A DNA stretch of 62,383 nucleotides, the filler included, from Sarea resinae (lineage: Eukaryota): the NCBI GenBank assembly GCA_026026165.1. It is 2 parts of 2 records of this genome, joined end to end, with 100 filler letters (N's around TTAATTAATTAA, not from the genome) between each part and the next. Parts side by side here need not be neighbours in the genome. Positions count along the whole stretch, not along the records: positions 1 to 31,134 come from JAPEUD010000125.1; 1 more part is not named here. One strand, written 5' to 3'. The notes below the pieces were generated by a model. It had not been told where the DNA came from. It saw only the letters and a list, made by a program, of their open reading frames with translations, and made no database searches. Of this stretch, positions 1-11,983 are shown in pieces; the stretch's first letter is position 1; every line of letters starts with the position of its first letter. Position numbers and translations under genes: made by a program.

Positions 1-270
1 CCCCCCCCCAGAACGCCTTTCTTCCGCAGGAAATTGGCACGCCTCAACCACACGCTCATACCTGACCACTTCTAAAATTACCAGTCACCAACCTTACCCA
101 GGTACCCCATTCACCACCAGACCTCCCAACCGTTCGGCGCCTGCAACACCCGGACCTGACGTCTCGTCTTGTTGGGCCGTATAAGTAGCCACGAGTGCTA
201 CATACATGCTTCGTCCAGCATCGTCAGTACCAGAGACCCTCCTTTCACCATCATCAGAAACGATTTCATC

Positions 271-1971
271 ATGAACTCACCGGCGCCAGCCGTCGAGTGT
301 TCCTCTTCGACTCACGCCCAAACTCAACAATCAGACCCTCTCACCAAGAAACAGCAGAAGTTTGCGGCAAAGAGGCAAGCAAAGCAAGCGGCGAAGGCGA
401 ATCGAGCAGCCACAGCCCAGACGGCACCTCCTCCACCAGACAAAACATGTCTCTTCCAGCGACTAGGCTGCGATATGGCCGATCGATTGGTGAATCATGA
501 TAAAAGCGGACAAGAACCTCTGGATCTGGTGGAAAGACTGAATCCTTTGACTCCAGTCCAGATGGTCACCTCCTCCACGCGAACGACACAGACAACAACC
601 GTCACGGAGACCACGACGACTACCCTCACCACGGATGCTTTCACGGCGAATTCTCTCAACACCGATAACCCTCCTTCCTCTACTCACGGAAGTACCATCT
701 CACCCAAGTACAAAACGAGCGGGCTCATCTTCACTCTTGACGACTTCGCCGCCATGGAAGCGCTAGAACAGCTAGTCGAACGCCATGGTCGGGTTTCACA
801 TATGGGTATCTTGGACAAGAGCTACAGCTTCTTTGTCAATAAAGCACGGGATGGGGCATTGTACTTCAAAGTCAAGCAGAAGGTTGCCGTGGTTGGAGGC
901 GACCCGCTGTGCCATCCCTCACAATTTGGAGCAGTATTGACCGAATTCGAAGAATATCGCAAGCAATTCAAATGGGGTCTGGCATTTCTGGGCGCTACCG
1001 ATGATATGAAAAAGTACGCCGAAGAGAAGAAGTGGGTCACGATGCACTTCGGTGAAGAAAGAGTGCTCAACCCGCTCAATAATCCGGTCCTCTTCGAGAA
1101 GAGCGGGAAGCGCATCATTATGCAGAACAAGCAGCTCCTGGATCCGAAAAGAGGTGGCGTCACTCTCGATGCTTACAGCCCGGCGCAAGGAAGGGATCCT
1201 CAGCTACAGGAACAGCTCGTCAACATCTACGACGCCTGGAGAGCTGCCCGAAACCAGTCTGGCACTCCCCAGGCTTATATCACAGTCTACGACCCTTTTG
1301 CACTACCCGATCTCATGACCTACATCTACACAAAGGACCGCGAAGGCAAGCCGAATGGATTTGCAGCCCTCCGAAAGCTCGGCGCTAATATCGGCTACCA
1401 CATCGATCCCTGTATCGCAGCGCCCGGAGCCCCGCGTGGTATTAGCGATCTGCTGATTTTCTCGGCCATGGCTCTCCTCAACAAAGCTGGAATTTCCTAC
1501 TTGAGTTTTGGTTTCGAGCCTCTGATGGAGCTGGGTGAGATTACTGGCATGGCGAAGCCGATCGCCAAAATCACCCGTACCATGTACCGCCACGCTTTTC
1601 AGGGTTTACCGATTGGAGGAAAGAAGGAATATCACGACAAATTCCATCCAGATGAACAGCAACGTTCTGGCCTTTATTTGGTGTTCCCACAAGGTGTACC
1701 TAGTCTTCGCCAGACGGCTGCTGTCATCCACATCGCCAACATAAGCGTTCGCCAACTAATTTCCACGGATCTGGTGAAGCCGGCGAGGGCGGCGCTAGCA
1801 GCGAGGATGACGGGACGCGAAAAGAAGAAGGACGACGAGAGATACAACCAAAGGACGCCGGATCGAAAGTCTTCGAGTGAGAAGTCGGATAAGTCTTCGA
1901 CGGAGAAGCTGGATAAGTCCTCGATAGAGAAGACTCGTTCAACTTTGAGTGTGCATGTGGATAAGTCGTGA
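271..1971 (+). CDS. Free-standing DUF2156 (LPG_synthase_C / double-GNAT) aminoacyl-tRNA transferase, ErgS-like
   Basis: Single-exon ORF, first ATG at 271. DUF2156 motifs VAVVGGDPLC, GEERVLNP, APRGISDLLI, YLSFG and KKEYHDKF. No AspRS domain is fused. The N-terminus is low-complexity (Lys/Ala- and Thr-rich). Confidence 0.8.
   Translation: MNSPAPAVECSSSTHAQTQQSDPLTKKQQKFAAKRQAKQAAKANRAATAQTAPPPPDKTCLFQRLGCDMADRLVNHDKSGQEPLDLVERLNPLTPVQMVTSSTRTTQTTTVTETTTTTLTTDAFTANSLNTDNPPSSTHGSTISPKYKTSGLIFTLDDFAAMEALEQLVERHGRVSHMGILDKSYSFFVNKARDGALYFKVKQKVAVVGGDPLCHPSQFGAVLTEFEEYRKQFKWGLAFLGATDDMKKYAEEKKWVTMHFGEERVLNPLNNPVLFEKSGKRIIMQNKQLLDPKRGGVTLDAYSPAQGRDPQLQEQLVNIYDAWRAARNQSGTPQAYITVYDPFALPDLMTYIYTKDREGKPNGFAALRKLGANIGYHIDPCIAAPGAPRGISDLLIFSAMALLNKAGISYLSFGFEPLMELGEITGMAKPIAKITRTMYRHAFQGLPIGGKKEYHDKFHPDEQQRSGLYLVFPQGVPSLRQTAAVIHIANISVRQLISTDLVKPARAALAARMTGREKKKDDERYNQRTPDRKSSSEKSDKSSTEKLDKSSIEKTRSTLSVHVDKS
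1861..1935 (+). repeat. ~24-nt coding tandem repeat x3 (DKSS.EK.) in the DUF2156 C-terminal tail
   Basis: aagtcttcgagtgagaagtcggat / aagtcttcgacggagaagctggat / aagtcctcgatagagaag. Confidence 0.8.
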
Positions 1972-3288
1972 GAGACGAGATCGTACCCTGAGGACCGAGA
2001 AAGAAAAGAGATGAACTACGGAGAAGCGGGAAGAGGGTTACTTCGAGGTAATGGGAGTAAGGAGCGCAAGCTATACCCTGGTCTTCAGTACGGAACAATG
2101 GCTGCACTCTCATGCAGATAGCGATAGGCGGGAGCTGAGCGTTGCATTCGTCGGGAGTCAGTCACAATCGGGATGGCGACCGGAAAGTTCATCGGAAAGG
2201 CGGCCTTCTGGAATTCTCATTTCGTTTTATTTTCTTTCATTCCATGCAAAGCGAAGCGAAAGCGTCCATTAGATTCTCCTGAGTTGACTGCACACTGCAA
2301 CCATTGTATTTGTACGATCTGATACGACTCATAACCTGGCCTGCTGGCTTTTTCCCCTCTTGATGGGCTACTAGCTGAACAACGAGGTCGACTGCATGAT
2401 TGTCGCATTCCTTATGTTTTGCTAGCCTTACTACAAAATAGATGAGGTAGATGAGCTTTGTGGAAGCTGATTGCACGATTCGGCGTGCGGAATGAACTCT
2501 AGTGATGAAAGGTATTACCCGGCAAGAATATCTCCCGCATCAACCACTAGACAGGGCTGAGGTAATCCTAGGACTCTCCCCCCGCTCCTCACACTACGCG
2601 TCGGCGCCAAGACTGCGCATCGGACCAGGATCAGATCAGCTTATCAATTACTTTTATTTCCTACTTTATTCTAGCCTTACAGTAAGCAGTACACAATGCG
2701 ACTGAGCCAGCGCTATGACGAAAAGATTCTGCTGACCTCCTTCGTTCCCTTTTGCTTACGCGTCTGAGCGTGTGTCGCGGAAGTTCTGCGGAAGAGCTAA
2801 TAATCACCCTCGTATCTGCAGGCTCACCACTAATCAGCATCCTTCAGATGGGTGCTTGCTCTTTGGCCCGCTCGACCTGGCCGTCGAAGCCGCGTCCCCA
2901 TAACCACGCAATAGTATTGCCGCGCCCTTTGATCGAGAAGGCATGATTCACGACTCAAGCCGTTTTTGCGTGGTGTGGCTGGGGGTCTGTTTGTTTGCTC
3001 TTAGCAAGGATGTTGTTACCCTCGATCCGAGCTGCACTGCGCTGCGCTGCATCAGGCGATCAATGAAGCCAGTGTTGATGATCTATCCTGCTGTATAGTC
3101 CCTCTCTGCCCTTCTACGCATTCCGCAGACAGACATTCTATCATCGTCCCTGGTCTGCCGTCTCCGCGAAGTTTTTTCCTCTTCTGTGACGGACCAATGG
3201 CTTGTCTGATGAGTATCGATCTCAGGGATTCGACGAAGTGATAGTAGTCCCCATGAGCTATTTTACACTTGGTTACATCTTCACCGCC

Positions 3289-5082
3289 TCAAGCCACTCG
3301 CTCCGTCAACTGCGGTATTCCCGTCTTCGTCTCCGTGTGCTCCGTGCTCATATGTCGCTGCTTGATGAAAATGCTCGCCACCATAGCAACAGCCGCCACG
3401 CAGGTGTACATTATGAACATATTCCTCAGACTCCACGCAAAAGCGTCTTGCACGACCTGCCGCTGCGCGAAGTCCTGGATGGTCTTGATGATCCCCACAT
3501 TCGCCGCTGCTTGATCACCGGACAAGGCCTCGAGGACGGATTCACTGAGACCAGCGGAGGCAAGAGATGATTGGCGAGCAGTCATACTATTCTGGAATAC
3601 CACACCGCCTAGCACGATAGACAACGATGTTGCGCAGTTGCGGGTGAAACCCAAGGTCGCTGTAGCTGTCGCAGTATCGGCCTGACTGACCGTGTTTTGG
3701 ATGGCGATCGTGGGCGCTTGGAATAGAAGTGCAGTGCCTATCCCGCCAATGATCTCGAACCCAACGATTCTTGCAATGGACGTGTCGGTTCCGAAATCGA
3801 TGTACAGTCCTGTCCCCAACGTCATGAGCGTCGCCCCGGCCCAGATGATTTCCCTGTAGCGGCCTGTCTGATGGATCAAGATGCCGACCATTACTTCCGT
3901 AGCCGCTTCCGTTACCATCATTGGTATTATCAGAATACCGCTACGGAAGGGCGAGACTTGCTTGACGCTTTGAAAGTACAACGGTAGGTAATACTCTATG
4001 CCGATGGAGATCATGCTGTGTGCAAAGGCAACAAGGAAGGCTGCGTTGTTGGACCGGACCTTGAAAACGCTTAGTGGCATCAGGGGATATTTGGCCAAGC
4101 ATTTTTCGCTGAAGAGAAAGAAGCCGATCATCAAGGTCCCGAACACAATCAAGCAGATGACTTTTGGACTGTCCCAGGGAAAAGTCGCACCGCCAAAGTC
4201 CAGTCCGAGGAGAAGCAGAAGGGTCACGGCGAGGATGGAGAGCGTGCCGAGCCAGTCAATGGCCATGACGCCTTCGCCGAGCTTCGTGCGCGGGTTGTGT
4301 ACATCCAGGAAAAGCAGCAAGAGTACGAAGGCGATGCCGCAGACGGGGAGATTGATCCAGAAGCACCACCGCCAAGTCACGAGCTGTGTGAACGCTCCTC
4401 CGATCAGAGGCCCGGCGGATCCAGCGAGCCCCCACATCACCCCCAGCAAACCCAGATACAACGCTCGGCGTCGCATGCTGAAGAGATCCGAGATCGTGAT
4501 CGACACCATTTGGATCAGGCCGCCGCCCGCCGTGCCCTGCAGCGCCCGCGCAGCGATCAACATGCGCATGCTTGTACTCAGCGCCGCGATGATGCTAGCG
4601 ACGGCAAAGACACCGACGGCTCCTAGGAGAGCAGGCTTCCGACCCCAGATGTCGCTGCATTTGGCCCAGATCAGACATGCGGTGGCGTTGGCGAGCAAGT
4701 ACGCGCCGCCGATCCACACGTAGCCTGAAGCGGAATGCAGATCGGCGGAGATGGTGGGGATGGATGTCGCGATGATGGTTTGATCGAGGGCTGCGACGAA
4801 GAGGACAAGCTAGAGTTGAGGCAGGGTAGTGCGTCAGCCGACCGGTTGGTGCCCGCTGTTGAGGGCCAGGACAGATGAGTAACGTACGTAGAGCGCGACT
4901 AAGATGGCGTAGATACGCAGCTTTTTTCTTGTCTGGACATCTGGGTCGTCGAGTATATCGACAGGCTCAATGGGGGGCTCCGGCGCATCAGCGGGAGGCT
5001 CTGGCCGGGTCTCAGCAGTGACGGCTATAGCAGGCTCGACGGCCGCGATATCATCCATTGACACTGGCTTTTGCCCGGCCAT
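3289..5082 (-). CDS. MFS drug:H+ antiporter, DHA2 (14-TMS) family
   Basis: Exons 5082-4888 and 4809-3289. Intron GTACGT..CTGAC..TAG. Motifs LDQTIIATSIPTI, SDIWGRK, GPLIGGAF, WRWCFWINLP. Confidence 0.92.
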
Positions 5083-5743
5083 GTCGTCCGACAGAAGTTG
5101 GAGCTTCTTGTTTTCTCGCAAGGGAGGGGAAAACAGATAGAGACGCCGTCGATAGCTACCTTATATCGCAGTAATGAGAGGTGAGGGCCTAGGTCTCACG
5201 AACTCGAACTATACTGGGATCTCGATGATTGTATTCGGTACTGAGAAGAACTAAAGCTACGGTTCGAGTTGCCTCCTCATATAAGACTCGCTTAACCATC
5301 ATGACTAAGCGTATGTTCCGAGTACCTTCCGTCCTATAGTCTGACTGCGCTCTGCGCCTTCCAGTTCCACAGAGGTTATCGGGGGGGGGAGAGGTCCCTT
5401 GCCGTGTTACGAGTTACTATGGAGTAATCCATTACCTCCTCTGGATAATTTAAGCGAGCAAAGTTATCGGAACGTACTGCTTGTACGATAGCATAAACAG
5501 ATACCTTATCTATCGGAGTAGCTGCATTGTGACAGATAGATTACGAGTGGGTGGAAAGAAGTACAGAGTCAACGGACGTGCCTTACCTAGAGCGGAGGAA
5601 AGGAATTGAATCAGCACAGCACGTGTGAGTGGACGCGCTGGCGGCCTGCAAATTTGACTGCAACAGAAATAGGAACAGAAGATTACCTTTTGGGATAGGT
5701 CATAGGTGCGAGCTGTAATCTGCAACAGTGTACAGCGAAATAG

Positions 5744-5746
<3 letters not shown>

Positions 5747-5804
<58 letters not shown>
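5747..5804. repeat. (AG)29 microsatellite
   Basis: Read directly from the sequence. Confidence 0.98.
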
Positions 5805-5808
<4 letters not shown>

Positions 5809-6660
5809 ATATAAAGTACGTACGTCGCACTCGCACCGTCCCGAAGGTGCGGGCAGGATACTTAGTCTCTCTGTCCGCTGTAGACAATATGTAGATCTGT
5901 AAATAAACTTCTCTGCCCTTTCTATATATATAGTAGTAAAACATCCCGTTTATTTCTCTCTTACTCTAAGGATATATATTTTTTAAAGAATAATTAAGTA
6001 CGTAGGTAATAAGTAGATTGAGATGAAGAAATCAATTTTGTATATCTACCTGATGTGTGATTGTGTCCAAATGTTTATCTGGGCCATTTGATACAGTGTG
6101 TATTAGTTTATCTGAGTGTTTGCTTGATTGTCTGTTTGACTATCTTGTTTGGGGTAGTCTAGTCTAGCTAGTATGCTGACTATCCTTACTCTAACTACTC
6201 CAAATATATACCCATCTAACACCCTAAGTCGCAAGGCCTATGCTTGGCTATTGAGATACTATGGCTAAGATTCACACGCACAATTGCACACAGGCCTGCA
6301 AGCTCACGGCTTTTCTGCTCCTTTGCGTGCTGGCTGGCTTGCCTGCTCGCAAGCATACCTAGGGTATATAAAGACATAGCTCGCTTCCGGATGCCGCCGG
6401 CTTTTCACCTGATCTGAACAATAGAGATAACAGGACGCCGTGATAGTGAATAAAAAGATAGTGAATAAATGGAAGGACGAACGAAGATGAATAGATACAT
6501 GCCTTGCTTCCTGTGCCAGGGCGTCTTGTGGTGCCCCGAGGTAAACCCGTAATAAGATACATGCCCTGATGAGAGTGTAGAGCCAGCACAAAAGAACTGC
6601 CGATTCCAAAATGGCCCTGGACGACAGCTATGGATCCGAGAAAACGATGACCGATGATCA

Positions 6661-7905
6661 TCAATGCGATTGAACTTTCCACTCCTGCTTGACGTTGATG
6701 CCACCGCCGAGATCCTGGCTTACCCTCCTCACGGAATCGGTCTCGTCGTCTAGACTGCGGGCGGTGCCGGTAGGGCCCTTTAGGTTGCTCTCGCTCGTAT
6801 TGGCGGCGATATCCGTCGTCGTGACGCCGAGATCGACCCGAGTGAGCGGATAATTGCCCTCCTCGAGCCGCTCAAAGGATTTCGAGATCGGGTTCCCGGT
6901 GGAGCGCTGGTCCCTGCTGCTCTTGCCCCAGAAGTTCTTGGGAAAGACGTAGTTGAGCACGGGCCGCAGCATCGGCAGACAGGCGCTGATGATCGCCAGA
7001 GACGGCTCCGTCACCGTCCAAAAGACCGGGTTGATCATGCTGTAGGAGAAGTCGGCGAAGTTGAGGACGAGTAGGGACTGCATGCGCACGATCGAGATGA
7101 TGGTGATTCTGTCAAGCTCATGTCAGCGTGGGGGGGATGAGACGGAAAGGGGAAAAATTACAGTAGACCGATGGCGAAAATTCCAGAGAGGCCGACCTTG
7201 ACGGTGTTCGCCGTCTGCAGTTTCCACACGGGCCGCAAAGGCAGAGTCAGAACCATGACGTCGGTCGCGATGTTCAAGGCGCCAATGGCGGCGTAGTCGG
7301 CGTTGCGGTTGCCGCATGTGCCCTTGATGGTGACATCCCAGTTGTAGCGGAACGGCCGACAGATGAGAAAGACTTGGAGCACGTTGGCAATGGCCCAGGA
7401 TCCGGTGATGATCATGCAGAAAATGACCATTTTCCGGAAGCCGTGGTGCGGAAAGACGCGTAGGTAGAAGAGAAGGATGGACCATTTGGCACAGAGCATC
7501 GTGAACCCGTAGACGACTTGGAAAGCCACGAGCATCTGACAGGTCAGTCAGAGCTGAGATGAGCAGCGGCGTGGAGAACAAACCTTCAAGAGCACCACGA
7601 TATTCTCGGGAGGAACATTTTCAACGTGATGCCCCATTCCATAGCGCGAATCCGCTATTTGAATGGCATACAATGTGAATGTCAATATCTGTCAACCCGT
7701 CAGCTTCTCATCTCATTCAACCCCGGGTCCTTGATCCCACCAGGACAACGAAGATGGCGAAATCATCCCACCACAGTCCGGCTTGCTTGATCCTTCTCGA
7801 CACGAGTCTCAGACATAGAATTATCGTCGCCACCACCACTAGCACCGTGTTGGCGATCATCTTGTGATGCGCGTCGGGCGCACTTGCAATGCTGTAGGTC
7901 TTCAT
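6661..7905 (-). CDS. Pth11-like integral membrane protein (fungal rhodopsin-domain 7TM, no CFEM)
   Basis: Four exons joined by GT-AG introns. Motifs LRLVSR..LWWDD, YGMGHH, KWSILLFYLRVF, CRPFRYNWD..GTC, TDVMVLTLP, WTVTEPSLAIISACLP. Confidence 0.88.
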
Positions 7906-8716
7906 CGTCGTGGGGTCCCCCCTCGGCGGGCTGAATGAAAGGAGTGGAGATTGGCGGCAGCAATTCGGCAGGAAGGGGAGCAACGCAGAGAGGCAGCGGG
8001 CCTCTTATGAAGAGTCTTTACAGGATGAAAACGATCGTCAAGATGCCGAGCCCTACGTACATCGCACGGCCGCTCATACAGTTGGTGAGCGGGACTTATT
8101 TTCTCGGCCGAGTGAGGTCGGTGGTGATAATAGCAATCACTGGCCCACTGCAAGATGAAAGGGAGTTATTACCATCACGACCGAAGAGAGGGATCAATCC
8201 GTCAGGACACGCATGTGTGCTGTGGAGTGTGGAAATGGCCGTAGCAGTTGTACCTGCGCAGGGCTGGGATGATTTCCAGAGCCTAATATTGGAATTGGAC
8301 TCATCCGAAGCGTGGAAGTCGGTCCGCGACCCGAGGGCTTCCTGGATGTTCATGGATCTTTGGCACTAACTCTTGACAGGTTCGCTATCATGGTTCGAGC
8401 TAAGACGCACTACTCAAGTCTGCCTACGACTATCGTCACTAGAAGAGCAAAAAGGCCCCTATTGGGAGAGGAGCAGGCCGCCCTCGGTTCGAGCAGACCG
8501 AGTCGATGCTGGCACGGCCCGCAAAGCCACCAACGGTCGTCGGCGCAGCCCCTTGAACGCAATCGAAGGTCGGTTCCAAAGGAGAGGAAGCCATGGGGGG
8601 TCAGTGACTCGCCAATGGCACGAAGAGAAGCTGACGGTACTACTATGTACTGCTGCATTAGATTCACGGTTGGTTACCCCTTGACCCTGATCCTTGGGGG
8701 TTCGTCGTGAAGCATC

Positions 8717-8830
8717 GAGGGAGGGAAGGAGGGAGAGGGAGAGGGAGAGGGAGAGAAAGAGAGAGAGGGAGGGAGAGACAGTGAGAGAGGGAAGTGGGGG
8801 AGAGAGAGTGTGTGTGCATGTCTGTGTGTG
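8717..8830. repeat. Purine-rich (GGAGAG)n/(GA)n/(GT)n simple repeats
   Basis: Read directly from the sequence, in the divergent intergenic region. Confidence 0.85.
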
Positions 8831-10027
8831 ACAGAAGGTTGACGGATGCAGTAGCTCGAGGTGGGCGGGGGATTCGCGTCCTCTCCGTACGTACTATGTA
8901 CTTTGTACTTCGTTCATCCACCAGGCTCATGACCATTCCATGGTCGCAGTACCTTGGGTGGGGACCCCGATCTACATCGTCCCAGGCGAGGCGAAGGGAA
9001 GAGAAGGGACGCGGAGACTGGACGAGAGATACGGCCGGGACTGCCTCGGTGCGGGCCTGTCCATCGTCGGTCATCAGCGCTCATCACCATTAGCGAGGTA
9101 CGAAGTACGTTCTCCCGAGTACTCTCCCCCGGTCGAAATCCACCTTCAGTACCAAGTACTTTGTATCCCTTGCGAAGTACTACGTAGCACTTCAGTAATG
9201 AAGGTACATTACCTATTCCCGTACGGACCTCGAGCTGTTAGCACCGATCAACAGCACCTTGCTGGAGCTACCTCTGCTCGTATAGCTAAGGGAGGTAAGG
9301 TACTCTACTGAGCCAGTCTTCTCTCTACTCCGTACTGCCAGACGAGATCCCACAGGCACCGGCGCAGGCACCGGCGCAGGTACCGGCTCCATCACCATCA
9401 CCATCACCATCGCGACTCCATTCCCTTCCGACGCAGCTTCTGCGTGCAAACAGGGGTCGGGTCAGGGTCAGGGCAATGCAATGCAAGGCAAGGCAATGCA
9501 GGGAGACACACAGACCGAGGAAGTTCTGCCGCCATCGTCCTGCGTCTGTCTCAAACGGTGCCCTCGGTTCCGCTTTTCCCCACTCGCTCGCTTGGTGTCG
9601 TGTTGACACCCTCGATTCGCTACTCTGGGAGGAGACTCCAACAGACCTCCTGCTGGAGCTACCGGCAGAATCCACGAGCGTGCCTGCCTCTTGCAGATAT
9701 CTGTTGTTGCCGTCCCTCTTGCGACGGGCCCCCTTAGCTTCTTCTGATCCGCTCCTCTCCTGCGCTCGTCTTGCGGATCTTCTGCTGACTGACAATCCCC
9801 TAATCATGAGCTGATACTCGCACGACCATGTCTGGATCCACTCTGATCTCCCCTCTCGCACTCCGGAGTATATCGTATATCTGACCTGCGAATGCTCCGT
9901 GCTCCAATGCTCTGTGCTGTGTGTCTTGCTTGATCTTACTTCCCACCTCCCAGATCCCTCGATTGCAGGCATCCCGCAGCAGCTCCCCTCGAACAGCTTC
10001 TCTCCCACATCGTTCCGTTGCCACAAG

Positions 10028-11983
10028 ATGGCCGACTATCCAGGCTGCTCGTCGTCATTCTCCTCACTGGAGAACAAGTCCTTCGATGTCATCGTCGTCG
10101 GTGGAGGTACTGCCGGTCTGGTGGTCGCCGCTCGTCTGAGTGAGAACCCCAATGTCAAGGTGCTGGTCATCGAGGCTGGCGCCAACCGGGTCGACGACCC
10201 CAAGATTTACACACCCGGCTTGGTCGCCACCTTGTACAGCGATCCCACGTATGACTGGGATTTCCTCACCGTACCCCAGGTAATTCCCATCCATCCATCC
10301 CATCCATCCCATTCACTCCATTGCTCTCCCCCTCTCTGACTTTCTCGTCGAAAGCCTCACCTGAACAACCGTCAAGTCGGACAACCGCGAGGCAAGGTCC
10401 TCGGAGGGAGCTCCGCCCTCAACTTCGGCCTCATCCTGTACCCTTCCAAGGCCAACCTCAATGGCTGGGCTGCGCTGGGCAATCCCACATGGGATGGCGA
10501 CTCCATGGCACAATACTACCGCAAGTTCCAGACCTACCACGAACCCTCCGCCGAGACGAGAGAGCTCCTCTCGATCGATTACATGGATCCCAAGCTTCAA
10601 GGTGATTCGGGCCCCCTCCAAGTCTCTTTCGGGGACCAGTACAACTCCTTCAACAAGGCTTGGGTGGATACATTCACGAACTTGAACCACAAGATCACCG
10701 GCGACCCCATTACCGGTGAACACATCGGAGGGTTCGCTTGCAGCGCGTCAATTGACCCCAAGACTAAGACCCGAAGCTATTCGGTCTCAGCATACTATAG
10801 CCCTGAAATTGCCAAGCGTCCGAATCTGACAGTCTTGACCGAGGCGCTCGTCGAGAAGGTATTGCTGGATGGCAAGGATAGTGATGTCACTGCCACCGGT
10901 GTCCAGATCGTCACCAAAGATGGTGAACGCCACCAAGTCTCTGCGAAGGAGGAAGTCATTCTGGCTTGTGGCGTGTTGCAATCTCCTCAAATCCTCGAAC
11001 TCTCGGGTATCGGTGGCAAGGAGCTTCTGAGCAAGCACGGAATTCCCGTCGTGATTGACAACCCATACGTGGGTGAGAACTTACAGGACCACGCCTTTGC
11101 CAGCTTGAGTTTCGAAGTTGCCGATGGCCAGACAACGGCTGACGCCTTGCGAGATCCCAACCTGGTCCAAGCCCTCGTCACCTTATACGAGTCGTCCCGC
11201 ACTGGACCTCTCTCCGGAAGCACGCTCGCGTGCTCGTATTTACCTCTCGTTGACATCAACGGCATCACCGACCCGAAAGAATTCAAGCTCCTCTTGGACA
11301 AATACCTCGCCGACGGTCAATACCCCGAATTCCCCGCACGTAAACAACAGTTCGACCTCTTGCGTAAGATGCTCGAGAACCCCAAGGAGTCGTCGGGCGA
11401 GTATATGCTCTTCCCCTTCCAACTCAATGTCAGCGAAGGCGCCACTCCCATGGCCGAGCTCGCTGCACCGTCCACTCCGGGCCAGTACATCTCCATCGGC
11501 GCCGTCCTCAATCATCCCTTCTCCCGCGGCTCAGTCCACATCACCACGGCCGACCCTGCAGTTAAGCCTAGATACGACCCCAACTACATGTCACACCCGC
11601 TCGATTTGGAGGTTCTCGGCCGCCACATGCAATTCATCGAGAAATTCGTCGCGACGGAGCCGATGAAGTCACTGCTGAAAAAAGACGGTCGCCGAATCCC
11701 CTCGAATGCTTCAGCTTTGGAGCTGGATGCTGCCAAGGAGCTCGTCCGCAGACGCCAGATGACGACCTTCCACCCCTCGGGATCATGCGCCATGATGTCG
11801 CGCGAACTCGGCGGCGTGGTCAGCGATCGCCTGATCGTGCACGGAACGAAGAACCTGCGGGTGGTCGATGCGAGTATCTTCCCCCTGGAGCCCTTGGGGA
11901 ATATCCAGGGCAGCGTCTACGCCGTTGCCGAGAAGGCGGCCGATGTCATCAAGGAGGATTGGAAGAAGAGCGGAAAGGCATAG
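10028..11983 (+). CDS. GMC oxidoreductase (aryl-alcohol oxidase/dehydrogenase-like), probably intracellular
   Basis: FAD motif DVIVVGGGTAG. Intron 10280-10354 restores PRGKVLGGSSALN. Also VGENLQDH, catalytic TTFHPSGSC, and LRVVDASIFP..GN. No signal peptide is evident. Confidence 0.94.

Noticed and set aside
2000..3280. Possible gene remnant between the DUF2156 and MFS genes
   Set aside because: Only short frames, with no recognisable motif or consistent splice pattern.
3998..4723. 241-aa plus-strand ORF and similar antisense ORFs over GC-rich genes (e.g. 46204-46989, 37272-37760)
   Set aside because: Shadow frames of well-supported genes on the opposite strand, with no motifs.
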